Origin: Mantamonas sphyraenae STR306
Taxonomy: Eukaryota; Protista; CRuMs
Direction: 5' to 3'
Length of the DNA stretch: 64,000 nucleotides
NCBI GenBank assembly: GCA_026936335.1
Contig: JAPMXV010000005.1
Span: 248,001-312,000 of the forward strand
Under the pieces are notes generated by a model, which was not told where the DNA came from, searched no databases, and worked only from the letters and a program-made list of their open reading frames with translations. The translations under genes and the position numbers were made by a program. The first letter of the stretch is position 1. Each line of letters starts with the position of its first letter. This document shows positions 10,710 through 23,614 of the stretch, piece by piece.

Positions 10710-13700
10710 ATGTCTGGTGAAGCACCCGAGATTGCTCTGGAGCCCCTGGACAGCAAAGGGAGCCGATCCGTCGGCGCCGACGGCGAGACGTCGTCAGCAC
10801 AGGGCCAGGCCGTACAGAGCCAATACACCCATCCGGAGGAGGAGGCCAACCTGTGGACCAAAGCCACCTTTGGATGGATCAACTCCCTCATGCAGCTGGG
10901 CTACAGCAGGCCCCTGCAGATCGACGACATCTGGGAGATGGCCGACTCGGACCGTGCCCTCAACCTCAACCGCGATTTCGATGCTCAATGGAAGCAGGAA
11001 GAGCAGCGTGTGGCCACCCTTCCTGACACATCGTACGTTTCCCCCTCTGTATCCTTCCACGACACCCTTTGCATGGCACTATCGCCTGTTGCTTCCAGAC
11101 ACATTCCGGCGCATGCACCCCTCATGGTTTCAACACACACCCCATGTCTCTTTCCCTTGCCACTTGTCCACCATGTCCCATTCCCCCCCATTTGCAAATG
11201 ATTCCCTTGGTGATTCCCGTCCCCGTCCTCCCGTTATCGCCGCTTGTTTCCGGCTCTTTCGCTCACACTGATCGGCACCACCCTTCCGCTCCCCGCTTCC
11301 CGTCCCCCCTCCCCCTTCTTCCCCGGCCGTGAACTACCCCCTCCCAATGACGTCTACGGTAGGCCTTCGCTGCTGCGTGTGCTCAACGGCTTTGTGGGAC
11401 GCAACTTTTGGATGTCGGCAGCGTGGAAGCTGGTGCACGACGTGGCGCTGTTCATCGGACCGCTAATCCTCAAGGAACTGCTGCACTGGGTCAACGACAA
11501 GACGATGGACCCCGGTCTCGGCTGGCTCTATGTCTTTGGCTTCTTCATGGGCAACATGCTCATCCTGCTCACCATCAACCAATACTTCCACACGCTGTTC
11601 CGCGTCTCTGTTCATCTGCGCGCAGGCCTCATCACAGCCCTGTACCAAAAGGCCCTCAAGTTGTCCTGCACCGCTCGTCAAGGCATGACGGCAGGCAAAA
11701 TCACCAACCTGATGAGCACAGACACCAGCAAGTTGGCCGACACCGTGGTGTACCTGCACGTGTTATGGAGCTCCCCATTCCAGATCATTGTGTGTCTGTA
11801 CCTCCTCTACGGCATCCTGGGCCCCTCTGTGTTCCTGGGACTGGCCATCATGATCCTGCTGATTCCCATCCAGGGCCGTGTGGCCAAGATGGCCGCAGGG
11901 TACGCCCGTGCCAAGATGCGACACATGGACGAACGCGTCAAATCCACCAACGAGATCCTGCATGGCATTCGCATCATCAAAATGTACGCCTGGGAAACGG
12001 CGGTCAGTCAGACCGTGGAGCAGATGCGCAGTGCCGAACTCGTCCAGCTGCGCAAGAGCCTCATCCTCAACAGTTGGGCCTCGGCCATTTCCAACTCGGT
12101 CATCCTGTTGGTCACCCTGGCCACGTTTGCTCTGTACACTCTGCTGGGCAACGAACTCGATGCACCCACCGCCTTTACCTCCCTGGCCCTCTTTGGCGTC
12201 CTTCGCTTCCCGCTCGCCATGCTGCCACGCATCATCACTCGAGCCGCAGAGAGCAACGTCTCCCTTAAGCGCCTCAACGTCTACTTTAACCTGGACGAGC
12301 TCGATCCCATGGACTTTTCTCTGCACGGCGATGCCTCTGCAGAGCCGCATGTGACCATGGACCAAGCCACCTTTGACTGGAGCGCCCACCAGCAAACCAC
12401 CAACCTGCTGGAGAGCCAGAGCAAGGACAAGAGCAAGAAGAGTGACAACAAGCAGCAGGGCAACGGAAAGGAGCAAGGGGCGAAGGAGGAGGAGCAGAAG
12501 GACGGGAAGGAGGAGAAGGATGATCAGCAGAACACAGGTCCCACGCTCAAGAACATCAGTGTGCACGTGAGCAAACATGAGATGCTGGCTGTGGTGGGCG
12601 AAGTGGGATCAGGCAAATCGTCGTTGCTGCAGGCCATTCTGGGCGAAATCCCCTTGCTGACAGGCTCACAGGCCACCAAGGGATCCATTGCCTATGTACC
12701 CCAGCAGGCGTACATCCAGAACGCCACCGTGCGTGACAACATCCTCTTTGGTCTGCCTTACAACGAGCGACGCTACAACGAGGCTTTGGACGTGTGTGCC
12801 CTGCGTCCCGACATCCAGGTGCTGCCGGCGGGCGACGAAACCGAAATCGGCGAAAAGGGCATCAATCTGAGCGGAGGCCAGAAGCAGCGCATCTCGTTGG
12901 CACGTGCCGTGTATGCCGACGCGCAGGTGTACCTGCTGGACGACCCACTGAGTGCGGTGGATTCGCATGTCTCTCTGCACATTTTTGAGCAGTGCATCAC
13001 GGGGGCACTGAGCAACAAGCTGCGTGTGTTTGCAACCAACCAGCTGCAGTACGTACGCTACGCAGACGCCATCCTGGTGCTGGAAAACGGCCAGGTCAAC
13101 ACGCAAGGGTCCTACGACGACCTCATGGAATCCAACGAGGTCTTTCGCAACCTCATCATCAAGTTTGCCGGCCACGAGGACGAGGAAAATGAGGAGGGCG
13201 ACGGTGCTGCAGCGGTCATCGATGGCGATGATGTTGATCCTTCTGCGCAGCTCGATGAAGTCGTGCGTGCAGAGGGGGTCATCCCCGAGGTGGTGGTTGA
13301 ATCCGATGCCACAGTTGCCACGCGAGACACAGACTCTGAGGAGAAGGGCGAAGGAAACGACGTGGGGGAAGAGGAAGAGGAAGAGGAGGAGGAGGAGCAG
13401 TTTGACGATGTGGACTTTGCCACCGACGAAGACGACATGGGAGGTGCCTCGTTGCTTGCTGGAAAGAAGGACAAAAAGGAGAGCAGCAAGTCCAAGCAAA
13501 AACAACAGAAGAACAAGGGCAAGAAGAACACGAAGGAGGAGCAGGAAGAAGACGGGGCCGACAAGCTGATCGACAAGGAAGAGCGTGAAACGGGCAGCGT
13601 GAAGAGCAAGGTGTATCTGTCCTACCTCAAGGTGATGGGCACACCCATGTTCCTTGCGCTCATGGGCGCTGCGTTTGTCATGGTGCAGGGTACTCAGGTG

Positions 13701-15368
13701 GGCAGCGACTTTTGGCTGGCCTGGTGGACGGATGAACACCACGACCTGCAGGTGTGGTGGTACATGCTGGGTTACGCGGGTTGGACGTTTGCTACAGCCC
13801 TGGCTTCACTGGGCCGAGGCGTGATGGTTGCGTATGGGAATTACAACGCCTCGCACACGTTGCATCATCGCCTGTTTGATGCTGTGCTTCACGCACCCGT
13901 GCGCTTCTTTGACACCACCCCCGTGGGACGCATCATCAACCGCTTCAGCAAGGATTTGGAGGAGATCGACTCTGTGCTGTGTTGGAATCTGCTCATGTTT
14001 GCTGGGTGCCTGCTTGTGGTGTTGTCCACCCTGGTGGTCATCTCCGCCATCACGCCGTACTTCATCCTGCCCATGATCCCCATCATGTACCTGTACTTCC
14101 GCTTCCAACGCTTCTACCGCAGCAGCAGCCGAGAGATGAAGCGTCTGGACAGCATCAGCCGCAGTCCCATCTACGCACACTTCAGCGAGACGCTGGGAGG
14201 CCTGACCACCATCCGCGCCTACCAGAGTCAAGAGCGCTTCTCCAGCGAAAACGCAACCAAGCTGGATACCAACCTCAAGGCGTTCTTTACAAACAACGCC
14301 AGCAACCGGTGGTTGGATGTGCGCCTGCAGTTCATTGGCAACTGCGTGGTGTGCTTTGCCGCCACCTTTGCGGTGTTGGCACGCAACGAGTTGCCGCCGG
14401 GACTGGTGGGTCTGAGCATCACCCAGGCACTGCGCATCACGGGCAACCTCAACTGGGCGGTGCGCATGTTTGCAAGCACCGAAAACAGCATGAATGCCAT
14501 GGAGCGTGTGCGACACTACGGCAAGCTCGAACCCGAGGCCCCATTTGACATCCCTGCCACCCAGCCGCCTGCCACTTGGCCTCAGGAGGGTCGCGTGTCG
14601 TTTGAAAAGTATTCCATGCGCTACCGCGAGGGCCTGGACCTGGCGTTGAAGCAGATCAGTGTGCAGTTTGAGGCCCACGAAAAGGTGGGCATTGTGGGAC
14701 GCACCGGCAGTGGCAAGTCGTCCATGATGGCTGCCCTGTTGCGTCTGGTTGAAGCTGCCTCTGGGCGCATTGTCGTCGATGGCGTGGATGTGTCCACCAT
14801 TGGTCTGCACGCCCTGCGTTCCGCCGTGGCCATCATCCCGCAGGATCCCACCCTGTTTAGCGGCACCATCCGCTACAACATCGACCCGTTCGACGAATAC
14901 GGCGATCTGGAGGTGTGGACGGCGCTGGAGCGTGCACACATGCGCAGCGTGGTGGAGAATCTGCCAGGCAAGCTCGAGGAACCCGTGAGTGAGGGTGGCG
15001 AGAACTTCAGCGTGGGTGAGAAGCAGTTGCTGTGCCTCGCCAGGGCTCTGATCCGCAACGCCAAAATCATTCTGCTGGACGAGTGCACGGCTGCAATCGA
15101 TCCGCAAACCGATGAACTGGTGCAGGAGACCATTCGCGACGAGTTCCGCGACTGCACCGTGCTCACCATTGCCCACCGGCTGCACACCATCATCAGCAGC
15201 GATCGCATCCTCGTCCTCGAACAGGGAAGCGTCCTCGAGTTTGACTCTCCCAAGGTCCTCCTCCAGAACCCAGAGTCTCTTTTCAGCAAACTTGTCGACA
15301 AGACAGGCAGCAGCACCTCTCGTGTCCTCCGAGCCATTGCCAATGGGGAGGAAGTGACGAGTCAGTAG
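10710..15368 (+). CDS. ABCC/MRP full transporter lacking TMD0 (intron 11033-11362)
   Basis: Lasso motif ANLWTKATFGWINSLM; NBD1 GEVGSGKSS, LSGGQKQR, LLDDPLSAVD; NBD2 GRTGSGKSS, FSVGEKQL; FFDTTPVGRIINRFSKD. Confidence 0.95.
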
Positions 15369-15380
15369 TTTCGTGTGTGC

Positions 15381-16593
15381 ATGGAGTGGGCAGTACAATC
15401 TGATGAATCTGATGATGGATGGTCACCCCCCCCCAACCCCCCCAACCCAAATCCTATGGTCGCCTCAATCGTCACGTACATCATACTGGCGTTTTGTGCG
15501 CCCGTAGTGGCGGCCGTCTTGCCACTGGTGTTGTTTGATCGGCAGGTGCCCGATCGGGTGGCGTCGATCATGCTTGCCATTTCAGGGGGCCTATTGCTGT
15601 CCATTGCCACGCTCGATCTGATCCCAGAGGCCATGGGCATTGTATTGGGCGATGGTGAACTGGATGCCTTCCACGCAGGCAGCCGCTGGGTCATGTGCGG
15701 CATGGGCGTGGGCTACTTTACCCTCCTCACGCTGGAGCAGTTCTTTGGCCACGAGCATGGCAGCTCCAGTGGCAACGGCCCCACTGGGCACAGTCACAGT
15801 CACAGTCACAGCCACAACGCCGGTCCTGCCGAGCTCGCCTCCTCCAAAAAGGATGAGGACGCCCACGACCGGGAGCTGGAGACGGGAACCCCGACGCATG
15901 CCCACAGTCACGCCCACAGCCACAGCTTCGACGAACAGCCCTCGGGCCATGCCATGTCCACCACTGCCTTTATTGGACTGGCTGTGCACAGTTTTGTCGA
16001 CGGCGTCGTCATTGCTGGTCAGTTGTTGCCTTCCCCGCTGCAATCGGACGCGGGCTCCTCTTGTTCCCCCTTTGGATATCCGCTCCAACCCTGTTGCTGA
16101 CACACTTGCTCATCCGCACACCCACTCGCTGGGCTTCACATCGTACGTGTCCATGTGTACACATGCCTGTTCTCCGGTCACCCCCTCCCACACAGGCGCC
16201 TTCAACGCGAGTGTGGAGATCGGCAGCCGCGTCGGGTTGGCCATCGTCATCCACAAGTGCCCTGACGGCATTGTGATGGCCTCCTTGCTCGCCAGTGCTG
16301 CTCGGGGCAAAATCAACTGGTCGCAGCTATGGCTGATTGTGGCCATCAGTGCCATGACGCCGTTGGGCACCATTGTGGGCCTGTCTTTCTTGACTGGATT
16401 TAGCAACTTGTCCCTGGGCTTCGTGCTTGGCTTTGGCGCGGGCTCCTTCCTGTATATCTCAGCCACTGGCATCATGAACGAATTGATGCACGAGGACGAC
16501 AAGCAAGCACGTATGCTCTACCTCATCAGTATCATGGTCGGCTACGGGTTGTTTGCCGCCAGCGAGGGATTTGGCGTCGGACATGCTCATTGA
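15381..16593 (+). CDS. ZIP (SLC39) metal transporter (intron 16018-16195; alternative start 15456)
   Basis: LDLIPEA, His-rich HSHSHSH loop, GLAVHSFVDG, IHKCPDG, MTPLG, GSFLYI. Confidence 0.9.
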
Positions 16594-16669
16594 TCGACAC
16601 CCACCCACCCACCATAAACACAGTCTCCGTTTGAAGTGTGTTGTAAAACTTGCTGTTCATTCAATTCAA

Positions 16670-19431
16670 TCATTTGTCCACCTCGAGGTACCGGGAGATC
16701 AAAAAGTGGTGTCGTTTCATGTTTTCGATGTGCACCACACCGGTGACAGTGACGAGCAGGGCAGTGTACGTGCCAAACAGCGCTGGAGGCGTAAAGTTAA
16801 ACACCAGCGAGTACAGGGGCAGGAGGAGCACCTGCACGAAAGCCATACCGACGGCGTCAACACTGCGCACGGTACCGGGCACAACAACCGCACCCATGAA
16901 ACACATGAGGGCAGACATGTACCCGATCTGCTCTACAAACGGGAGGATGGTCACAAGCGTCGCCAGCAGGCCCAACACGTTGAACATCAGCACAAAGTAA
17001 AAGTTTGCCACGGAGCGCAGGCACAGCTTCTTGTTTGGCATGAGCGTGAGAATGTACGCACTCAGGGAGAGGAAACACACAATAATGAGGCGTGCAAAAA
17101 TGGCGATCTGGTAGTACGCCTGGTTCACAGGCGACAGCATAAGGGCGTCGCTGCCAGCACCGATGCACAACGCAGCCCATGACCACATGACCACGGTGCG
17201 GAAGGGCCCAATGCCTCCCTCTGCCACAAACTCCTCGTACTCTGACTCCAGACGCGGGTCTTCAAAGCCACAGCGGTACGTCCATGGATGATGTGAAAGC
17301 AGGCGGTACGGAAGAGCACTGTGCTGGTGCACGTTGCTCTCCAGCCGAGCGTCCATATCCATGTTCACGTTGGAGATGTTCAACTGTGCCGCTGGTTGGA
17401 ACAGACAGGACCACCACGCTCTGTGCAAGGCACTGCGCTCGGTATCGTCGTCGGGCAAAATGCGAAACAGATCGCGTTCCTGGTGTCGCAATTCCGTGAT
17501 GCGCACAAAGAAGCGGCGTCGCATGCGTTCGATGCCAAAGGCACACACCATGGTGATGATGGACACCTGCACGGGTGCCAAAAAGGTGTAGAGCAGCTCA
17601 CCGGGCTCGGTGCTCACCAGCGACGCAGCCGATGTGAACAGCAGACACACTGCGTTGAGCACTATGAGGTCGCGGAAAAGCATGCCACTGGCCAGATTGA
17701 ACCACAGGATCCGCACAAACACAATGAAGCTGTTGCGCTGGCCACTGGGGGCGCCGCCTGAACGCAGCAGGTACTCCACGTATGCGCTGAACATAGCTCC
17801 CACAAGGAAGGACATGGCCGACCAGATACGCCCTCGCTGCGGTCTGTTTCTGTCAATGAGCACCCCCAAGATGGGCACGCAGGTGATGGTCACCGAGCCC
17901 ACGGTGACATAGAAGGGCATGCGCATCTGGGCACCGCCAAGGTACAGGCCCTGAACGGCAATCCACGGAAGACGCATTACAGCCGATCCAATCACAAAGA
18001 ACATCGTCAGCCAGCGTGTGGTGATGGCATTCATCCTCGTGTACCTGCTCTCGAGTTTGGGGTCGTTGAATGCCAGGGTGAATGGATGGACCAACCCTGT
18101 GATGCGTCCGATGCGCAGGCGTGGTGCATCGGGTTTGAGATGTGCCAGAACAGTTGCGTCTGTAGGCGCACTCTCCATGGCCTTGTCTGCCATGCGTCGC
18201 TGTCTGTTCACCTGCATGTCTGTGGTCCAGCGCGACGACAGATTGTTTGCGTTGTACTGCTGCACCATGGTGCTGTTGCTCACAAAGCCTTCCACCATGG
18301 CCATCGAGACATCGGATGCGGTGCTCTCTTCCAAGCAGCGCATGATCGTGTGCAGCGAGGTGTGCATCACCTGTCCACTCAACACGACCTCCTGGTCCCT
18401 GTCTGGCAGCAATTGATGTTCGGACCTTGCATCCACCACACGTTGTTGGCCGTACCACTCTGGAAGCAGCACGTCACCGTACACAAGTTCCATGGGTGTG
18501 TCTGCCTCCGCCATCATCCGTGTTGGCGAGCCTGCAGGCGACCACACCGCGTCGTCTCGGTCGTACACGTGCGCTGCAGATTCGCTGTGAGTCAGCTCAT
18601 CGTCAGAATCCTCCTCCATCATGGCTTCCTCCGCCCATCGCTTGTCAATACCCGATACTGGAGAGGACGGAGGAGAGGTCTCGGCACCACTGCCTCGGCC
18701 CAAGGACGTCGAGGTGGACGGATGAACCTTGGAGCTCGGCGCCGCTGACGTCGTTGTACCGTTGCTATTGCGTTGTGCCTTTTCCTGTGCCATGCTCTGG
18801 CCCAGCGAAATGATGCGCCTCGCCACACGGAGATCGTCTGCGGCATTGGGTGAGGCAGACACGATGTTGTTGGCCTTTGCAATTTGCATCAACTGGGGAT
18901 GGTGAGGCACTTTGGCGAGGTTTGCGCCGGTGTCCACATAGTGTTCCTGCTGTGGCTGCTGCTCGGTGCCTCGGGGACGGCGTGTTGCCGACAGCATGCT
19001 CGACACATACGACGACTGGTGCGAGTGAGTCGCTGTGGGCCTTTTACGCGCTGTGGCTTGCACCCAGATCCTGTCGCCGTGCTGATCCACGAGTCTCAGA
19101 GTGCCGTGGTGCAGAATGCCCATCGTCGGGAGCTCGGCCAGCCGCTCCGCATCTTGTCGAGACCACCTGGTCGACGCACGTGAGATGCGAGACACAGTGT
19201 TGCGTGTCGATGCACGGCTGTGTGCACGGCTGCCCACACGCGTGCTTGGCGCACGCGTACGCTGTCTCCGATCCTCAGGTTCGTCTTGCAACACCTCTTC
19301 CAAAGCGAGCGCCGTGGATGGACGCTCCAGGGTGTTTGTCTCGGGAATGCTCTCCAGCTTGGAACCACGGCCGTTTGCGGCCTTGCGAGTTCCAGTGACA
19401 CCAGATGCGTTGGGAGTGGTTGCGCGAGAGC

Positions 19432-19472
<41 letters not shown>

Positions 19473-22400
19473 CGATGGCTGCTTTTGGTGTCCTGCGTCA
19501 GAGGTGGCATCTGCTCTTTCAGGTCCAGAGGGATGATGGTCAACACAGGCAGCATGATTTGACGTGCCTGCTCGATGGATTGCACGTCGCAGGTGTCCGA
19601 GAACAGCATACAGCTACCGTCTGGTTGCAGCACAACAGACACTCCTTCTCGTTGACACAGGCTGATCAAGTCACACAGCAGCGTCAACTGCTGCTTGACT
19701 TCCGGCCAGCTCCACGAGGAGGCAAAGTTGTCCGGCTTGATGCGTCGCAAAACGGCCACAAAGCGCGTTTCCGGCAACTCGTACGCACCGGACATCAGCG
19801 CTTCATCCATGCTTGCCTCCATCTGCTGTCGTTCACTCTCCTCCACTTCTGCTTCGTCTGATCGTGCATCGTCGTTGTCGACATCGTCGTCGTTCAAGGT
19901 CTCATGCTGCGGCGCGTTTATCGTTTCGGACGAGTTGGTCGAGTTGGTTTCGCGGGTAGCACTCGTTGGCTGGCGTTCATCCTCCAGGTGTGCAATGAAG
20001 ACTGCCGATTCGGTTTGCGCACACACCCCATCCAACATGGGGGTGTTGACCGGACGCAGCGTGAGGAGGATGCGACGCAGGGTGTCCGTTTGTGCTTTTG
20101 CGATTTCGCCAACCTCGTTCAGGGAAAACACGACACGATCTTCACGCAGCCGTTCCCTACGCACGAGATAAGTGACAAAGCCTGCGAAGATCACAAAGCC
20201 AATTGGCTTGAGCACGATTCCCATGGTTGGATCGAGGGCGATGACAAGCGTCACCTGAGCTGCAAGCACAGCTGCCACTGCCAGTATGGAGCGTGGGCGA
20301 AGAAAGAAACCGGCGTGGACAAAGAAAAGGGTGATGAAAAGGTCGACGACGCCGTAGATAGCCCACTTGGCTCCAACGACGAGAATGAGGAGACTCGAGG
20401 CACTGCCAACAAGCACAGCCACAACGGCGCTGAACCGCTCCGAGTGGCGCACAAAGAAGTGAGTGTAGGTGAGGGCAAACGCGATGATGATGACGGGCAC
20501 TGTGAAAAAGGTGCGCACGGCAATGGTTCGCGTGGGAGGCATTTCAAACAGGAGCACCTCCACGACAGTAAACACAGTGCTGCGCACAGCCAAAAGAATC
20601 AGCATGATGCGCAGGATACGTGCGTTGATCACTTGGCGATGCGTACGGAATCGATTCTCCGTCTTGGGATCTGTAAACGCGTTGAGGCGGTTGAGCTTGT
20701 TGTCACAGTACACATCGAGGGCTTCGACGAGTGCCTTTCCGCTGACAATGCTCAGGATGTCAAACACGGTGCAAGCTTCGTCATGGGTCATCCGCCTCGT
20801 CAATAGGGGCGGCGTCTCATGCAGTTCACTTCCGCTGGCGAGCTGGATCGTGTCTGTCAACTCAAGTTGCGGTTGCACGCGTCGGTTATTGCGCCGTGGC
20901 GGCCTGTATGCTGCAGCTGCATAATCTGTGTTTGCACGTTGGTCCTCGCTGTCCAAGTTACCGAGACCGTCGTATTCGCGGAAGGCCTCGCTGAAGCGTT
21001 GCAGGGCAGGGAAGCGGGCGCCGATGATGTTCTGCATCTCGATCCACTGGCTGGTCGGCAGGTAGCTATCCATGTGCTTGGAGCAAATAGTGTTCACGAT
21101 GGGCATTTTGAGGCATCGAATGCGAGCGTGGATGGGAGGCAGACTGTCGTCGTGCTGTGGAGGCGGCCCCAACTCGTGAGGATCAGCACCGGGTGGCACG
21201 TGGCTGCAGTGGTTCCCAGAGGCCATTGCATCCGTGAGAGAAGCGTGCGATGAGGATGGAGATGACGAGTTCTCACGCAAAGGGCGCGGAGCGGATTGAA
21301 ACGCCGGGATGGAGGGCATGATGGAAATACCGCTGGAACCGTTGTGGCCTTCGTTGTTGATTGGCGCAGGCTGTTGGGCCGGTTTGGGTTGGGCGTGCGG
21401 CTGGTGTTTTGACGGATCCGGTGTTTGGATGGGCTTCAGTGCACTTTCATAGTTGGGATGCACAATGATCTTGGTATCGCCGGGGGAGACGTGTTGCAGA
21501 TTCTGGATGGCGATGTCCTGGGCGGGACCCGAGAGCATGCACAGCTGGTCGGGGTTGAACTCCAGAGTGTATCCGGCCACAATGGTAAAGGAGACGAGTG
21601 CAGGGGTTGTTTGCTTGCTTGCGTGTTGCGCGTTCTGCATTGCGCTCGTGTGCGAACTCTGAAGGAGCTCGTCAAGGAAGGAAGCATCGCTGCTTTGTCT
21701 TCTTAGCCTGCTTGACTGCGATTTGGGGCTCGCGTTGCCACTGGGAGGAGTCGTGGAGGCGCTTGCTGCCGTGCTGGCAGTTGCCGAGGTTTGAGCGTGG
21801 CCGCCATCGTCGTCGTGGTTCGGACCACCATTTGCGTTTGCAGTTGCTAATCGATTGAACAAAACGGAGCTAAACATAGCGTTGGCGGAGGAAGCCAGCG
21901 TGTCAACGGCATCTGCCATGGGCAGGAGGAACTCGGGACATTCGTTTTGCATGAGGGCGAGATGAGAGAGGGTGAGACGGCGAGCAACCTCTGCAATCTG
22001 GCTGAGCATGTGGTTGATAAACAGATGATTGTGCTGGTGGCGCAGGGTGTCGAGATGATGTGGGGAGGGAGGGGTGCGTTCGAGCGACTGGTAATACTCG
22101 CTATAGCGCATTGTCTGGTGATACTCACGCACCATGGCAGAGATGGGTGCACAGAGGGTAAGCACATCTCCGTGTGCCCTCCAGCTTTGGATGCCGAGGG
22201 AGGCGCAATAGTTCTCGAGCTCGGCCAGAAGGACCTTGCGCACGGTACGAGGTAGGGTTTGCGATCGAGGAGGATAGGCCGCATCGTGGGAGGAGCCAAA
22301 CACGTCGTTATAGTCGTGGAAATGGATGGCCAATAGGACAGAGGGCGCAGAGTGGCGGGCCGGCACGGGCAGAGGGTAGGTTTCAATCACCTGCGCCAGG

Positions 22401-23496
22401 CTCTTGGAATGCACAATGGCTGCGTAGCGGGCATGGACACGGCGCATCGATAGCAGCTTGCTGTGTGTGTCCACCAGTGCCCCAAACGCACGTGCGTGGA
22501 AAAGCACGGACAAATAGTTGACAATCGTGGCCGCGAAAACGCTTCGCATGGCAAGCACAAGGTTCTGTATGCTGTGCGCATTGAAAATGTACACGTCAAA
22601 CACGAGCAGATTGACGGTGCTGGCTATGAGAAAGGCAGCAAAGGTGTCGCGGGTGCGTTGCAGAATTGTAGCAGCGAGGACTGGGGGGAAATGAGAGGTG
22701 CCGAGTCGCCCGGCCGTGGGTGTGTTAGCCAAACGTGGTACGGGCACAAAGCAAACGTTGATGTCTCGCGTGCGATGTCCATGGCAAGGAAATGGGATGA
22801 GGTAGGGCAGAACAGAGGAGCTAGTGTACAATAACCGTGCACTGGCGCCACGGAGGCCGCAATAACAAAAGAGGCAAGTGTAAAAAACGGCGGCGGCGAG
22901 GGATCCCCCTCCGGGGTCGGAGGAGCTTGTGTGTACTGCAATGCAAAGTGAAAAACTTACGAAACTTTGTGAAAGGAGCCAAGATGGTGCCTGAAGGGAA
23001 AGGAGTTGTGGGCAGAAGGGGAAACGCTGTGAGCGGGGGGATTCACCGACGGAGAAGGAACGGGCTGGTGGGAAGGGTCGCGAAGCAACTCACGCAGATG
23101 GGCGGCCTCGTGCAGATGGGACAATGCATGGACGGCCACGACAATGTAGAAAACATAGAACCTGCGCACCACAGGAAAATAGGCAAAGTAAAGGTCCGTG
23201 TTGAAGGTGAGGCCGAGCATGGCAGCAGTTGGAAGGATGACCGAAAGCGGAACGAGCACCTCGGTTGCGATAAGGTGGCTGCTGTGATCCCGATGCATGG
23301 CATCATGCAAAACCGTGAAAATGGTGGCAACCATGACACACACCGCAAGCAGGCGTGCCGGTCGCTTGTTCGCTCGGACGTTATAGACCTCGTAGGCGGA
23401 GTCGTACGGAAAGGGCACAATCAGGCCAAAGTCGACGCCACGCTCGATGAGGTGGGGTCCCAAAAGGACCTTCCGAGCCAAGTCGATGATGGACAT
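16670..23496 (-). CDS. Large multipass protein with adenylyl-cyclase-type membrane blocks and degenerate cyclase-like domains
   Basis: 2053-aa ORF plus a likely 5' exon 23496-22961 (GTAAGT donor). Repeated F.DP..E..Y/F motifs precede hydrophobic clusters that end in E...R..F. No intact cyclase motifs seen. Confidence 0.6.
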
Positions 23497-23614
23497 GTGG
23501 TGTGTTTGAAGAAAACCACAATCCACAGAGCGAGTGTGGACTGGCTGGGTGGATGCAAGAAGAAAATGATGGTTGAGCCTGGGGCTTTCAGTCGTCGTCT
23601 TCTTTTCCCACGTC

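Noticed and set aside
22936-22960. Possible 25-nt intron in the pseudo-cyclase gene
   Set aside because: Using that acceptor hits a TAG; a further acceptor near 22840 gives the open frame and a normal intron size.
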